Source: an uncultured cyanobacterium (GTDB lineage: Bacteria > Cyanobacteriota > Cyanobacteriia > Cyanobacteriales > Cyanobacteriaceae). Taken from it: 64,000 nt of DNA. The translations under genes were made by a program, and so were the position numbers. The notes under the pieces were generated by a model. That model worked only from the letters and a program-made list of their open reading frames with translations. It was not told the DNA's origin and did no database searches. Below are positions 1 through 13,085 of the stretch, piece by piece (position 1 is the stretch's first letter; each line of letters opens with the position of its first letter). The stretch spans positions 960,001 through 1,024,000 of the forward strand of contig CAVQBA010000004.1 of the NCBI GenBank assembly GCA_963710605.1, read 5' to 3'.

Positions 1-1260
1 CGCAATTAAACTGTACTGAGGATCTAAATTACGAGCGATACCATCAAGAGTTGTTAAGGCTTTGATGATAAATGTTAATTGAGCAGGTAAACGAAAAGGT
101 TGTTGCTCAAACATAATATATATTTCTGTACTAATTTCTTTAAATGCTTTGACATCAATGGGTTTGTCTAAAAAACGATTCAAAGAAAAACTAATCAAAC
201 GTTTAAGAGGTGTTAAATCCGATTGAGGCTCGATTATACCCATATAAATCAACGATTCCAAAACTTGATCAGTATCTTTACGTAACATCGCAAAAAAAGT
301 TTGTACCATTTGCTCTTGAGCCAACACTTGTACTTCTGTCATTGCCCCAAAATCGTAAAAAATGATATTTCCTCGTTTATTAACTGCCATATTACCAGGA
401 TGAGGGTCAGATTGAAAAAAACCGTCTTCTAATAATTGTTTTAAATAAGAGCAAATTCCTAATTCAATTAAAGGGCGAATTGCTATTTTTTCTTTTAATA
501 ATGTTTCTCGATCGTTTATTTTAATACCGGGTAAATATTCTAAGGTAAGAATTTTTTTAGTTGTATATTCCCAATAAACTTTAGGTACTAATATTTGGTT
601 ATCATTTTGAAAATTAAGCCGAAAACGATCGGCATTTTCTCCTTCTTGTATATAATCTATTTCTGAAAATAGAATAGTAAAAAATTCTTGATAAATCTCT
701 TTTAAATTATATTTTCTAACAGCAGGAACAAAGAAATTACTAAAATTGATTAATCTTTTCAAAACTTGAAAATCAAGATTAAATAATTCCTCTAAACCTT
801 TGCGTTGTACCTTAACAACAACAATTTCTCCTGTAAACAATTTAGCTCGATGTACTTGCCCCAAACTAGCGGCGGCGATCGGGTTTTTTTCAATTTCTTG
901 ATATATATTACCCAAATTCTTATTTAATTCACTTTCAATAAGTGCGATCGCTTCGATCGAATCAAAAGGAGGCACATTATCTTGTAACTTACTTAATTCA
1001 TTGACATATTCAACAGGAATCAAATCAGGGCGAGTAGATAAAGCTTGACCAATTTTAATGAAAGTTGGCCCTAAATAAATCAATTTAGTAACTAACCATT
1101 TAGCACGTAAAGACGATCGTAAACTATTATTTTTACGTAAAACAAAATCGCTGAATAAAAAAAAGGCAAATTGTGAAACCGTAGATGTAATCTGCCATTG
1201 ACGGAGAAATAGCGTAGATTTAGTGCGTTTCCAAGAAAGATTAGACTTAATTGCTATCAT
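1..1260 (-). CDS. ABC1/AarF/UbiB family protein kinase (3' end runs off the window)
   Basis: Not in ORF track. Translated by hand from ATG at 1260 (MIAIKSNLSWKR...): LGPTFIKIGQALSTRPDL, AAASLGQVHRAKL, VVVKVQR, FFQSDPHPGN; still in frame at base 1 (...LDPQYSLIA). Confidence 0.9.
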   Translation of the reverse strand, partial: MIAIKSNLSWKRTKSTLFLRQWQITSTVSQFAFFLFSDFVLRKNNSLRSSLRAKWLVTKLIYLGPTFIKIGQALSTRPDLIPVEYVNELSKLQDNVPPFDSIEAIALIESELNKNLGNIYQEIEKNPIAAASLGQVHRAKLFTGEIVVVKVQRKGLEELFNLDFQVLKRLINFSNFFVPAVRKYNLKEIYQEFFTILFSEIDYIQEGENADRFRLNFQNDNQILVPKVYWEYTTKKILTLEYLPGIKINDRETLLKEKIAIRPLIELGICSYLKQLLEDGFFQSDPHPGNMAVNKRGNIIFYDFGAMTEVQVLAQEQMVQTFFAMLRKDTDQVLESLIYMGIIEPQSDLTPLKRLISFSLNRFLDKPIDVKAFKEISTEIYIMFEQQPFRLPAQLTFIIKALTTLDGIARNLDPQYSLIA

Positions 1261-2581
1261 TCATTAATAAAGGAAAAGTAATAGTAAAAGTATTTAAATA
1301 ATCATCAGATTGTGCAACTAGATTACTAGAAACTTTAATTTCTCCCCGTAAATTATGTACCAAAGATTCAACTAAAGCCAATCCTAATCCCGTACCACTG
1401 TTTGTCACGTTTTCTACGTGTTTACCTTGGTAAAACGGTTGAAAAATGTTTTCAAGTTCATCAATCGGAATTGCAACACCACGATTACTAATCTTAATAA
1501 TCGTATCAGATTGTTGAGTATATATCTTCAAGATAATATCCGTTGCTGGGACAGAATGTTTAACAGCGTTAGTAATCAATTCTTGAATAATTAATTTTAA
1601 ACTATTAAAATCAGTATAAAGATATTTTTTTTGATTTTCAATAATTAGTTTTTTTTGTTGATAGTGTAACTCTTGAGAAAAAGTATTATAAAATTCATCT
1701 AATAAAGGTTTTAAATCAATTCTTTTTGGTTCGATTGTTAATTGATTAGACTGTAATTCTTGTAATTTTAAAAGATTATTAACTAAATTAATTTCCTTTT
1801 CGCATTCATCATCCAAAATATTAACATAACGAATTAATTTTTTTTCCTTATTCACTAACTTAAGCATTTTTATACCCATTTTCATGTTAGAAAGAGGAGT
1901 TTTTAAAGCATCACTCAAGCTAGCAATAAACTCATCCTTAATTCGATTAACTCTTTCTAATTCTTCTAAATAATTACGTAATTTCTGTCCTAACTTTGCT
2001 TGTACATCTAAACTCACTTGTAATTGAGCGGTACGCTCATCAACTAAAGATTGTACTTTACCGATCGTTTTTTGGTTAATAAAAGTAGAAGTAATTTGTT
2101 TCGCCATCCACCTACCCGTTTCTATCTCGCCAATGTGCCAACGTCGAGACTTGTAATTTTGCATGACTAATAAACCCAAAACTAAAGGTTTATACTGACT
2201 TTCTACTTTTTGCGTACATAAAGGAATAATTAATAAAGATTTCAAATGATCTCCATTAAAAACAGTCTGTATTTCTAAATCACTATCTAACTTATCCAGT
2301 TGTGATTTATTACTAATTTTAACTATCTGTGGTGCTTTTTTCCATCCATGTACAGTTAAACATGATTGAGATAATGAATAAGAACAAGAAATATTCGATA
2401 AATGATCGTTAGTCTCATTACTTTTGTGCCAATCATAGACAACTTCTACCGTTGCTTGAGGAATCAAAGACGAAGATATGTTACGAAAAAAAGTTTTATA
2501 TCTAAATTTTAATAATAAAAGACGATCGATTTTTAAAATTTTAGCCGTATTGGCAATATCAGAATCAAAGATGTCATCCAT
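1247..2581 (-). CDS. GAF-domain sensor histidine kinase-like protein
   Basis: GAF-like N-terminus, HisKA-like region (EFIASLSDALKTPL; the usual phospho-His is not evident), HATPase boxes (ELITNAVKH, FQPFY, GTGLGL). Confidence 0.8.
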   Translation of the reverse strand: MDDIFDSDIANTAKILKIDRLLLLKFRYKTFFRNISSSLIPQATVEVVYDWHKSNETNDHLSNISCSYSLSQSCLTVHGWKKAPQIVKISNKSQLDKLDSDLEIQTVFNGDHLKSLLIIPLCTQKVESQYKPLVLGLLVMQNYKSRRWHIGEIETGRWMAKQITSTFINQKTIGKVQSLVDERTAQLQVSLDVQAKLGQKLRNYLEELERVNRIKDEFIASLSDALKTPLSNMKMGIKMLKLVNKEKKLIRYVNILDDECEKEINLVNNLLKLQELQSNQLTIEPKRIDLKPLLDEFYNTFSQELHYQQKKLIIENQKKYLYTDFNSLKLIIQELITNAVKHSVPATDIILKIYTQQSDTIIKISNRGVAIPIDELENIFQPFYQGKHVENVTNSGTGLGLALVESLVHNLRGEIKVSSNLVAQSDDYLNTFTITFPLLMNDSN

Positions 2582-2754
2582 ATTAAAGAAGCATTGTTTG
2601 AGTCGCTTAACTATTAATTATATCTAAGTATCAAAATAGTTAACCAATCAAGAACAAATAATTATCATCAGCCATTTATTCAAGAGTAAAAAGTATTAGC
2701 TATCAATTATCGATCGAGGTCAGATGATAACCATAAAAATAAAAAACCACAGCA

Positions 2755-2788
2755 AAAAACACCCCCAGTTTAACTGAGAGTGCTTTTT
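2755..2788 (-). terminator. Rho-independent terminator of psbA
   Basis: Minus strand GCACTCTCAGT-TAA-ACTGGGGGTGT followed by a T run, ~55 nt after the psbA stop. Confidence 0.75.
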
Positions 2789-2842
2789 GAGATTGCGTTA
2801 TTTAATTGTTATTTCAATTTAAATCACAAATCATTTGATTAA

Positions 2843-3913
2843 TTAGCTGTTGATTACAGGTGCTGTAACCACATCTGCGGAGGCTAAATCTAAGGGGAAG
2901 TTGTGTGCATTACGTTCGTGCATTACTTCGATACCGATGTTAGCACGGTTTAATACGTCTGCCCATGTTCCGATTACGTGACCTTGGCTATCTAAGATTG
3001 ATTGGTTAAAGTTAAAACCGTTCAAGTTGAATGCCATGGTGCTGACTCCCATTGCTGTGAACCAAATACCAATCACTGGCCATGCTCCTAAGAAGAAGTG
3101 TAAGGCACGTGAGTTGTTAAATGACGCATATTGGAAGATTAAACGACCAAAGTAACCATGTGCGGCTACGATGTTGTAGGTTTCTTCTTCTTGACCAAAT
3201 TTGTAACCGTAGTTTTGTGATTCGGTTTCAGTTGTTTCACGAACTAATGAAGAAGTTACGAGTGAACCGTGCATTGCGGAAAATAATGATCCACCAAATA
3301 CACCTGCTACACCTAACATATGAAATGGGTGCATTAAGATGTTATGCTCTGCTTGGAATACGAACATAAAGTTGAATGTTCCGCTGATTCCTAAAGGCAT
3401 ACCATCAGAGAATGAACCTTGACCAATAGGGTAGATTAAGAATACTGCTGTTGCCGCAGATACAGGAGCAGAATATGCTACACAGATCCAAGGACGCATT
3501 CCTAAACGGTAGGATAATTCCCACTGACGACCCATATAACAGAAGATTCCGATTAAGAAATGGAATACGACTAATTGGTAAGGACCACCATTGTATAACC
3601 ATTCGTCTAATGATGCTGCTTCCCAGATTGGGTAGAAGTGAAGACCAATAGCGTTGGAACTAGGGACAACTGCACCAGAAATGATGTTGTTGCCATAAAG
3701 TAATGAACCGGCTACTGGCTCACGAATACCGTCAATATCTACAGGAGGTGCTGCGATGAAGGCGATAATGAAACAAGTGGTTGCAGTTAAAAGACAAGGG
3801 ATCATCAAAGTACCGAACCAACCGACATATAGACGGTTGTTGGTTGATGTGATCCACTGACAAAACTGTTCCCATGCAGATGACTGCTGTTGTTGTTGTA
3901 AAGTGGTTGTCAT
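2843..3913 (-). CDS. psbA: Photosystem II D1 protein (Gln130 form)
   Basis: Canonical D1 sequence ([31 protein letters not shown]). Confidence 0.99.
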   Translation of the reverse strand: MTTTLQQQQQSSAWEQFCQWITSTNNRLYVGWFGTLMIPCLLTATTCFIIAFIAAPPVDIDGIREPVAGSLLYGNNIISGAVVPSSNAIGLHFYPIWEAASLDEWLYNGGPYQLVVFHFLIGIFCYMGRQWELSYRLGMRPWICVAYSAPVSAATAVFLIYPIGQGSFSDGMPLGISGTFNFMFVFQAEHNILMHPFHMLGVAGVFGGSLFSAMHGSLVTSSLVRETTETESQNYGYKFGQEEETYNIVAAHGYFGRLIFQYASFNNSRALHFFLGAWPVIGIWFTAMGVSTMAFNLNGFNFNQSILDSQGHVIGTWADVLNRANIGIEVMHERNAHNFPLDLASADVVTAPVINS

Positions 3914-4029
3914 ATTTATTATGATTGCGATTAAATTTTCAAGGTACGATCTGTTTCGGTTTGCCGAAGTTCAGATTACATCAAACGATCGAATCAGATA
4001 TTGATTGGTTTCGTTTGGCGTATATACAT

Positions 4030-4058
4030 ATAATAACAACTATATTGAGTTTTGTAAA
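4030..4058 (-). promoter_or_regulatory. psbA sigma70-type promoter
   Basis: Minus strand TTTACA-N17-TATTAT upstream of psbA. Confidence 0.7.
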
Positions 4059-4329
4059 GGATTCTCAGTTTACTCTTTGTTATCTGAGTGATAAGTTTTG
4101 CTTAATCTAAATTATAGACCTATTAATATAGATGTTTATAAAAATTGAGAAAGCATCTATATACATCTATATAGATAATTAATTTAATGGTCAAACTTTA
4201 AACATCTTAGAGAGTACAATTACAGTCAATCAATTTGTGGTTTAAGTTAAAGACTTTTGGTAAGGTCTTCTTACTGCCATTTGTGATAAAGTAATAATTA
4301 ATCAATCAAGCTCAAACAAACCAGCATTC

Positions 4330-4581
4330 ATGGATACTATCTTAAATGTAGAAAACTTAGACTTAGAAACAATAATTACAGCTGTTTTATATTTAAGTTT
4401 AAGTGGTATTTACTTATTAATAATTCCCGGTCTTGTTTATTTCTATTTGAATAAACGTTGGTATGTAGCTAGTTCATTTGAACGTGCCTTTATGTACTTT
4501 ATGGTTTTCTTCTCTTTTCCCGGAATGTTATTGCTTAGCCCTTTTCTCAACTTCCGCCCTCGTCGTCGGGAATTAAGTTAA
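4330..4581 (+). CDS. ndhL: NAD(P)H-quinone oxidoreductase subunit L
   Basis: RWYVASSFERAFMYFMVFFSFPGMLLLSPFLNFRP signature; ndhL-DUF3007-trpA order. Confidence 0.95.
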   Translation: MDTILNVENLDLETIITAVLYLSLSGIYLLIIPGLVYFYLNKRWYVASSFERAFMYFMVFFSFPGMLLLSPFLNFRPRRRELS

Positions 4582-4638
4582 GATAAGAATCTAATCAATC
4601 CACAATTAAATCAATACCAAAAATAATAATTATTAATT

Positions 4639-4932
4639 ATGAGAAGAATTGATGCAATTCTCATTGCCCTAGGGGTGTTTGTAACTGGTGGGGTAATTTA
4701 TTTTGTCCTACAACTTTTTGGTTTGTCAACTCAATCAGCAGGAATTTGGAGTCAAGTTTTTTTAGTATCTTCTGTGGTTATCGGTTGGGTTTCTACTTAT
4801 TTTTTCCGTGTATTTACCAATCAAATGACTTACCATAAGCAAGTCAAAGATTATGATGATGCTTTTTTTGCTAAACAGCTAGAAAAAATGTCCCCTGAAG
4901 AAATAGAAAAACTAATGTCCGAGACAGAATAA
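4639..4932 (+). CDS. DUF3007 family membrane protein
   Basis: MRRIDAI start, AGIWSQ, GWVSTYFFRV..MTY motifs; lies after ndhL. Confidence 0.85.
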   Translation: MRRIDAILIALGVFVTGGVIYFVLQLFGLSTQSAGIWSQVFLVSSVVIGWVSTYFFRVFTNQMTYHKQVKDYDDAFFAKQLEKMSPEEIEKLMSETE

Positions 4933-4997
4933 AATAAAATTGATAATTGATATCTTTCATTATTAATTATTCATTATTAATTATTCATTATTCAAAT

Positions 4998-5795
4998 ATG
5001 ACTTCCGTTTCTCAGCGTTTTGCTCAATTAAAACAAAAATCTGAATGTGGTTTAATTCCTTTTATCACAGCAGGAGACCCCGATTTAGATACTACAGTTG
5101 AAGCGATTAGAACTTTGGCGAAAAATGGTGCAGATATTATCGAGTTAGGTGTGCCTTATTCTGATCCTTTAGCTGATGGCCCTGTTATTCAAGCGGCGGC
5201 TACCCGTGCTTTAAATAAAGGTGTGTGTTTAGATGATGTCCTCAAAATAGTTAAAAGTATTGAAACCGAGATTGATGTACCGATCGTTTTATTTACTTAC
5301 TATAATCCAATTTATTATCGAGGTGCAGACAAGTTTCTCAAGACGATCGCAACGGCAGGAGTAAAGGGATTAGTCGTTCCTGATTTACCTTTAGAAGAAG
5401 CGGCTAGTTTTCTTGATTTAGCTCAAAAACATAGTATTGAAGTAACTTTACTTGTCGCTCCTACTAGCCCAATCGAACGGATTAAAGAAATAGCTAGTCA
5501 TTCTCAAGGTTTTATCTATTTAGTAAGCGTTACAGGTGTTACAGGAGTGAGAACACAAGTAGAAAGTAGAGTCCAAGAATTAATTCAACAATTAAAGCAA
5601 GTAACTGATAAACCTATTGGTGTTGGTTTTGGTATATCTGAGCCAGAACAAGCGATGCAGATTAAAGACTGGGGTGCAGATGCTGTAATTGTGGGTAGTG
5701 CTTTTGTCAAAAAATTAGCTCATGATAACCCAACTGATGCTTTACAGGTTGTTGGTGAATTTTGTCAGACTCTTAAACGGGCGGTTAATAATTAA
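4998..5795 (+). CDS. trpA: Tryptophan synthase alpha chain
   Basis: [32 protein letters not shown]; start set at ATG 4998 (MTSVSQRF). Confidence 0.97.
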   Translation: MTSVSQRFAQLKQKSECGLIPFITAGDPDLDTTVEAIRTLAKNGADIIELGVPYSDPLADGPVIQAAATRALNKGVCLDDVLKIVKSIETEIDVPIVLFTYYNPIYYRGADKFLKTIATAGVKGLVVPDLPLEEAASFLDLAQKHSIEVTLLVAPTSPIERIKEIASHSQGFIYLVSVTGVTGVRTQVESRVQELIQQLKQVTDKPIGVGFGISEPEQAMQIKDWGADAVIVGSAFVKKLAHDNPTDALQVVGEFCQTLKRAVNN

Positions 5796-6040
5796 TCAAT
5801 AAAGGTTATTATTACTTTTTGGGTTGCCAAATTTAGAGTAAATTGCTAATAATAATTGACTAATAACTAATTTATATTTCGGTTCAAATAATAATCGTTT
5901 ATTTTTTTGAACTGTAAAAATATTGATAACTAACAACACATTTTGTTAAATTTTATTTATTTTTGGTTAATGTCTTGTATGCTATGTAATCTATATAAAT
6001 TATCAATTTTTAAATTAGCAATTAATCAGATTTAATCCAG

Positions 6041-7148
<1,108 letters not shown>

Positions 7149-7254
7149 ATTATTTGAGTAATAAAAAAATAATAATTAAAAATAGAAAATGTATAATACA
7201 AAATAGAGAATCTAGAATAATTTTTTGACTTGTTGTTTGTGAGCAATTCTCTAT

Positions 7255-7455
7255 TATAGGAATTATCACCATTATGAAATACAAAGAAATCCCCCTAAAT
7301 CCCCATCCCCCTTGCCACGGGGCTTACAAGCACCTGAAATCAATTCAGGTGACAGCCCCTCCCCTTCGTAAGGGGGAAATTTAAGGATGCTTCGCTTTTA
7401 TTTCTTGGGACTTATTGATCATTAACTGTACCTCACAAGTCTGGGAAACGCTATA
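7255..7455. repeat. TATAG-bounded MITE-like element with nested REP-like hairpins
   Basis: Shares left (aattatcaccatta) and right (taactgtac.tcacaagt.tgggaaacgctata) ends with 18405-18513; contains CCCCCTAAATCCCCC...AAGGGGG. Confidence 0.75.
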
Positions 7456-7485
7456 TCTTTTTTTTATAACTATTATTTATCAATT

Positions 7486-7944
7486 ATGATTTTAAAAACT
7501 ATTGTTTATTCTTCTTTGTTACTTGCTAGTAGTAGCTTTTATTGGTTTTCAACAAATACCATCAATGCCCAAACTCCTCCTGCTCAAACTTATCAACCTG
7601 GATTTTGGCAACCTGTAGCCAGAGTCGATCTCGATCGTCCGATTACAATAAATTTGATTAACGAAACAGGTATTATGATCGATTACGCTATGACTAATAT
7701 TGAAAATGAACCAGTGAGGATTGAGCCTGAACAAACCACTGTTTTAGATAATGTACAACCATCTTTATATATGGTAGTTTACCCTGATAGCACAGATCCT
7801 GATAGCTCCCGCATTTATTTGAAATATGAGGTTGAAGTTACGGAAGAAAATATTGTCGAAGTGAGAATTAAAACTACAGAAGATGGTATTCAAAGTAATC
7901 GTACTTTCAATTTACAAGATACGGGAGCTATTTATCTTTATTAA
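7486..7944 (+). CDS. Secreted hypothetical protein
   Basis: Signal peptide, then YQPGFWQPVARVD; no family recognised. Confidence 0.7.
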   Translation: MILKTIVYSSLLLASSSFYWFSTNTINAQTPPAQTYQPGFWQPVARVDLDRPITINLINETGIMIDYAMTNIENEPVRIEPEQTTVLDNVQPSLYMVVYPDSTDPDSSRIYLKYEVEVTEENIVEVRIKTTEDGIQSNRTFNLQDTGAIYLY

Positions 7945-8030
7945 ATAATTCCCCCTTTCACGGCACTTGATAGCGAATAAAGAATAGTGAAAAACTAATT
8001 CTGTGACATTTAACCCCTAATCACGAATAC

Positions 8031-9017
8031 CTAATTATTTTTGTGTCGAGATTGATGCCATTGCCAAGCATGACGGATAATAGTTTCAATCTCAGCATAT
8101 TTTGGTTGCCAGCCTAAAATCCTTTGTGCTTTTTCACTACTACCGACTAACATAGGAGGATCACCAGGACGACGATCGCCATTTTTAACGGTAAAATCGA
8201 TCTCAGTCACTTTCTTCGCCGCCGCAATTACTTCTTTAACCGAAAATCCATTACCATTACCCAAATTAAAGACATCACTTTTGCCCCCTTCGAGTAAATA
8301 TTCTAAACCGAGCAAATGACCTTGAGCCAAATCTTCTACATGGATATAATCTCGAATACAAGTGCCATCAGGTGTCGGATAGTCATCGCCCAAAATAGAA
8401 ATAGCCGATCGTTTACCTAATGCTGCATATAAAATTAAAGGAATTAAATGAGGTTCAGGATCATGATCTTCACCAATCAAACCATCAGCCGATGCACCTG
8501 CTGCGTTAAAGTAACGGAAAGCGACATATTCCCAATTGTAAGCCCTCTGAAAATCAGCTAAGATATTTTCTACCACTAACTTAGTATAACCGTAAGTATT
8601 GATAGGTTTTTGTGGATGTGTCTCAGTTAAAAGATTTTGTTCAGGAACACCATAAGTTGCACAAGTGGAAGAAAAGACAATATTTTTTACCCCTGCATTT
8701 TCCATCGCTTCTAACAAGTTAAGAGTATAAACAACATTGTTACGATAATATTTAGCAGGATTACTCATCGACTCACCTACATAAGCATAAGCCGCAAAAT
8801 GAATCACAGCTTCGATATCATGTTCAGCGAATATTTGATCTAACAATTGTCGATCGCTTAAATCTCCTTGAATGAAAGGAACATTTAATTTTTTGATTAT
8901 ATCCTCATGTCCATAAACCAAATTATCAAACACTAATAGCTCATAACCTTTACTTTGTAACAACTTAACCGTATGAGAGCCGATATAACCTGCACCGCCA
9001 GTAACTAAAATACTCAT
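8031..9017 (-). CDS. galE: UDP-glucose 4-epimerase
   Basis: GGAGYIGSH, FSSTCATYG, YGYTK, FRYFNAAGA, DGTCIRDYIHV. Confidence 0.95.
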   Translation of the reverse strand: MSILVTGGAGYIGSHTVKLLQSKGYELLVFDNLVYGHEDIIKKLNVPFIQGDLSDRQLLDQIFAEHDIEAVIHFAAYAYVGESMSNPAKYYRNNVVYTLNLLEAMENAGVKNIVFSSTCATYGVPEQNLLTETHPQKPINTYGYTKLVVENILADFQRAYNWEYVAFRYFNAAGASADGLIGEDHDPEPHLIPLILYAALGKRSAISILGDDYPTPDGTCIRDYIHVEDLAQGHLLGLEYLLEGGKSDVFNLGNGNGFSVKEVIAAAKKVTEIDFTVKNGDRRPGDPPMLVGSSEKAQRILGWQPKYAEIETIIRHAWQWHQSRHKNN

Positions 9018-9544
9018 AAAAAACTTAATTTTTGTAAATAAAACTTGTCAAAAAGACTTAAATATAATACTAAAAAGCATTATAAATTATATAGGTCAAA
9101 TTATTAGTCAAATCGCTCAAGAAAATTAATTTGACGTTTTTAAAGAAGGAAAATAATTAATCATGAATATACATTGTTGTGTGGAAGTAACTATTAGATT
9201 ATCTTTTCAAAAATTAAACATCTAACAGCTATTAAGTGAGAAAGCTATCTATGATAACGATTATAAAAGATCTATAAAAAAAAATTAAGCAAGAGATTAA
9301 GAAATATCATAATTATTTATCTTGTCAAACGTACCATGCTTGTTTATGCTTAATCTAGATAGATTTAAAATATCTCAAATTAGAGCCAATTTACTAATAA
9401 AGTATAAATACTTATCAAAAATCAAAATTAAGATAAACGATTGAGATTTTGAAAAATAAAAATGAGTAATAAAAATACTTTTTGTGAAGTACTTATAATT
9501 TGCCTTTTAAGTAAATTTATTAAAAATAGCCAAGGAACAAGAAA

Positions 9545-9856
9545 ATGCCAATTGCAGTAGGTATGATCGAGACACTAGGTTTCCCCGCTGTAGTGGAAGC
9601 CGCTGATGCGATGGTGAAAGCCGCTCGTGTTACTTTAGTCGGTTACGAAAAAATCGGTAGTGGTCGTGTTACCGTAATTATTCGTGGAGACGTATCTGAA
9701 GTACAAGCATCTGTAGCAGCTGGAATTGACGCAGCGAATAGAGTAAGTGGTGGTGAAGTGTTATCAACTCATATCATTGCTCGTCCACACGAAAACCTAG
9801 AATATGTACTACCAATTCGATACACAGAAGAAGTAGAACAATTCCGAAATTACTAG
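9545..9856 (+). CDS. ccmK2: Carboxysome shell protein CcmK2
   Basis: BMC domain ([21 protein letters not shown]), 103 aa, first gene of the ccm operon. Confidence 0.93.
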   Translation: MPIAVGMIETLGFPAVVEAADAMVKAARVTLVGYEKIGSGRVTVIIRGDVSEVQASVAAGIDAANRVSGGEVLSTHIIARPHENLEYVLPIRYTEEVEQFRNY

Positions 9857-10163
9857 TTAAAAAAAATTATAAATTAAACCTTGGCAATCTTAATTTGTCA
9901 ATACAGGGGCAACATAGCAATAAACAAGCTATAAATTAAAAAAATTTTGATGATAACCCTGTTTTTAACCTTCGGAACAAAGGTTTTTACCTATCTTAAA
10001 AAAAGTAACTATCCAGTAAGGTTTTATACTAGCTTGAAAGGCTTTCTGATAAGATAGGAAATATGTTCATCTATATTTATTGTCAAGAGTTTCCCAGTTC
10101 GTGAAAGCTGGAAATTGATTGACTAACTTAATACTATCCGAAACAAAATATCCCGAAACTATT

Positions 10164-10505
10164 ATGTCAATTGCAGTAGGAATGGTCGAGACTTTAGGAT
10201 TTCCCGCAGTAGTGGAAGCCGCTGATGCGATGGTGAAAGCCGCTCGTGTTACCTTAGTCGGTTATGAAAAGATCGGTTCAGGTCGTGTTACAGTCATCGT
10301 CAGAGGTGATGTATCTGAGGTACAAGCATCTGTAGCCGCAGGAATTGAAAATGTAGGCAGAGTCAAAGGTGGACAAGTGTTATCACACCATATTATTGCT
10401 CGTCCGCACGAAAACTTAGAGTATGTATTACCAATTCGTTATACCGAAGAAGTAGAACAATTCAGAGAAAGTGTTAATCCTCGTCCGATAGGAAGACGTC
10501 CATAA
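10164..10505 (+). CDS. ccmK1: Carboxysome shell protein CcmK1
   Basis: BMC paralogue with C-terminal extension ([12 protein letters not shown]); start at ATG 10164 (MSIAVG). Confidence 0.92.
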   Translation: MSIAVGMVETLGFPAVVEAADAMVKAARVTLVGYEKIGSGRVTVIVRGDVSEVQASVAAGIENVGRVKGGQVLSHHIIARPHENLEYVLPIRYTEEVEQFRESVNPRPIGRRP

Positions 10506-10524
10506 TCACAGAAGAAGCTAATTA

Positions 10525-10833
10525 ATGCAAATTGCCAGAGTATGTGGAACGGTTGTCAGTACCCACAAATCAAGAACTTTAACAGGAGTAAAATTACTCC
10601 TAGTCGAGTTTTTGGATGCGGATGCAAATCCTCTATCTGAATATGAGGTAGCAGGAGATATTGTTGGTGCAGGAATTAACGAATGGGTTTTAGTTACCCG
10701 TGGTAGTTCAGCTCGTAAAGAAAGCGGACAAGAAGAACGTCCTGTTGATGCTATGATTGTCGGCATTATAGATACAGTGACGACCGGCTCTCAAACGCTG
10801 TATAGCAAAAGAGATACCGAAAGATTATATTAA
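10525..10833 (+). CDS. ccmL: Carboxysome vertex protein CcmL
   Basis: MQIARVCGTVVST, VGAGINEWVLV, DAMIVGIID. Confidence 0.96.
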   Translation: MQIARVCGTVVSTHKSRTLTGVKLLLVEFLDADANPLSEYEVAGDIVGAGINEWVLVTRGSSARKESGQEERPVDAMIVGIIDTVTTGSQTLYSKRDTERLY

Positions 10834-10976
10834 ATACTTTTCGTAACTATAGTAATTTGTAATTAATAATCTCAACAAACTAAATGTTGCAGGATAAATA
10901 AGAAAATAAATAACTAATTTTTATTCTTACTTAATTTTTCAACAATCAAATGAAATAATTATAGTGGAGGTTAATA

Positions 10977-13085
10977 GTGAGCAGACCACGTATGGTTGCT
11001 CCCCCGACACCTTGGTCAAAAAATTTGGCCGAACCAGTAGTTGACGATTCAGCTTATATTCACTCTTTTTCTTATTTAATAGGAGATGTTACCGTTGGGA
11101 CTAATGTTTTAGTTGCACCTGGTACTTCTATTCGTGCTGATGAAGGCACTCCTTTTTATATAGGCGATCGAAGTAATATTCAAGATGGAGTCGTAATACA
11201 CGGCTTAGAACAAGGAAGAGTCCGTGGGGACAATGGCAAAGAATATTCAGTGTGGATAGGATCAGATAGTTGTATTACTCATCTAGCCCTGATTCATGGT
11301 CCTGCCTATGTAGGTAATAACTGTTTTATCGGTTTCCGCTCGACAATTTTTAATGCCAGAGTAGGAAACGGTTGCATCATCATGATGCACGCTTTAATTC
11401 AAGATGTCGAAATACCACCGGGAAGATACGTTCCTTCTGGAGCAGTAATCACAAATCAGCAACAAGCAGATCGCTTACCATCTGTTACATCAGAAGACAA
11501 AGAGTTCGCAGCTCATGTAGCTGATGTTAATGAAGCCTTAGTTGTAGGTTACAACTGTGCCTCTGATTCTACGATTCGAGAAGGGCATCGGTCTTCAAAC
11601 AGGCAGAATTCCCCTAATTATAATAATAGTTCTCAAACAACAACTAATATGAGTTTAAGTTCAGATATTGTTAATCAAATCAGCTCCTTACTCAGACAAG
11701 GTTATACCATCGGAATTGAACACGCTAGTAAACGTCGTTTTAAAACCAAATCTTGGTTAACTGCATCTTTAAGTTCTACTAACGATCAAAGAGCTATTTT
11801 AGCTGAGTTAGAAGGCTTACTTTTTGAGTATAAAGGAGAATATGTTCGTTTAATTGGAGTTGATCCTCAAGTTAGACGACGTGTTTTAGAAATGATTATT
11901 CAGCGTCCTGATGACCAAAATCCAGGACAACCAAAATCAATCAATACTACTAAAAATAGATTGAATGGAAACGATCGATTTTCTTCATCCTCTAACGGTA
12001 ATGGAAACCATAATAATGGTAATGCCGATTGGGCTGGCGAAGTTCGCTCTTTAATTCAAGGCGGTTATAACATTGGTATTGAACACGCTAGTAAACGTCG
12101 TTTTAAAACCAAATCTTGGTTGACTGCATCTCAGATTGATACTAGTTCTGCAAATCAAGCAGTAAGTACGATCGAAGGTTATCTTCAAGATTTTCGTGGT
12201 GAATATGTGCGTTTAATCGGTGTCGATGCTGATGCTAAACGTCGTATTTCTCAAACTATCATTCAACGTCCTGATGATGTTAATGGTGGTAGTAGTAGTA
12301 GTAATGGCAATGGTAATGGTCGTTATCAACGTTCTAATAGCTATAACAGCAACGGTAACGGTAATGGTGGCGGTAGTGGAATGTTAAGTGGTGAAGCCCT
12401 TAAACAAGTACGCTCATTGTTATCCCAAGGATATAAAATTGGTACCGAACACGCTGACAAACGTCATTTTAAAGCCAAATCTTGGAAATCTTGTAGCCCG
12501 ATCGATAGCCAAAATGAAGGTCAAGTTGTTGCCGCTTTAGAACATTGTTTATTAGAGCATAACAACGAATACGTTCGTATGATTGGTATTGATGCTGATG
12601 CTAGAAGACGTGTTTTAGAAATGATGATTCAACGTCCAGGTGATAATAACGGTAACTCAGGTAACGGTTATTCAACTGTTACTTCGACTAGCTTAAATGA
12701 CAGTCGTGGTGGACATAATAAGCACGTGAATGATGGCTTTACTACCAGTGGTTATCAAGGAAATACTACTTCTAATGGTCGTTACGGCGGTTATACCAGT
12801 ACCAGCGATACTAGTGCAGGAGCATCTTTAGATTCTAAGACAATCTCTCAAGTACGTTCGTTGTTATCCCAAGGATACAAAATCGGTACCGAACACGCTG
12901 ATAAACGTCACTTTAAAGTTAAATCTTGGAAATCTTGTCACCCTTTTAAAAATACAAGTGAAGGACAAGTTCTCACTGAATTACAAGGTTGTTTACAAGA
13001 ACATGATGGTGAATATGTTCGTTTAATTGGTATTGATACGAATGCCAAACGTCGTGTTTTAGAAACTATCATTCAAAGACCATAA
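10977..13085 (+). CDS. ccmM: Carboxysome assembly protein CcmM (gamma-CA-like domain + 4 RbcS-like repeats)
   Basis: [31 protein letters not shown]; four GYxIGxEHAxKRxFKxKSW repeats. Confidence 0.97.
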   Translation: MSRPRMVAPPTPWSKNLAEPVVDDSAYIHSFSYLIGDVTVGTNVLVAPGTSIRADEGTPFYIGDRSNIQDGVVIHGLEQGRVRGDNGKEYSVWIGSDSCITHLALIHGPAYVGNNCFIGFRSTIFNARVGNGCIIMMHALIQDVEIPPGRYVPSGAVITNQQQADRLPSVTSEDKEFAAHVADVNEALVVGYNCASDSTIREGHRSSNRQNSPNYNNSSQTTTNMSLSSDIVNQISSLLRQGYTIGIEHASKRRFKTKSWLTASLSSTNDQRAILAELEGLLFEYKGEYVRLIGVDPQVRRRVLEMIIQRPDDQNPGQPKSINTTKNRLNGNDRFSSSSNGNGNHNNGNADWAGEVRSLIQGGYNIGIEHASKRRFKTKSWLTASQIDTSSANQAVSTIEGYLQDFRGEYVRLIGVDADAKRRISQTIIQRPDDVNGGSSSSNGNGNGRYQRSNSYNSNGNGNGGGSGMLSGEALKQVRSLLSQGYKIGTEHADKRHFKAKSWKSCSPIDSQNEGQVVAALEHCLLEHNNEYVRMIGIDADARRRVLEMMIQRPGDNNGNSGNGYSTVTSTSLNDSRGGHNKHVNDGFTTSGYQGNTTSNGRYGGYTSTSDTSAGASLDSKTISQVRSLLSQGYKIGTEHADKRHFKVKSWKSCHPFKNTSEGQVLTELQGCLQEHDGEYVRLIGIDTNAKRRVLETIIQRP

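Noticed and set aside
3121-3651. Short ORFs overlapping psbA, and similar antisense or nested ORFs over ccmL, ccmN, tnpB, tnsC, ntcA, the pentapeptide genes and the RNR fusion
   Set aside because: Shadow frames of well-supported genes with no recognisable motifs.
3925-4110. 61-aa ORF upstream of psbA
   Set aside because: Lies over the psbA promoter and 5' UTR; alternative start codon and no protein-like features.
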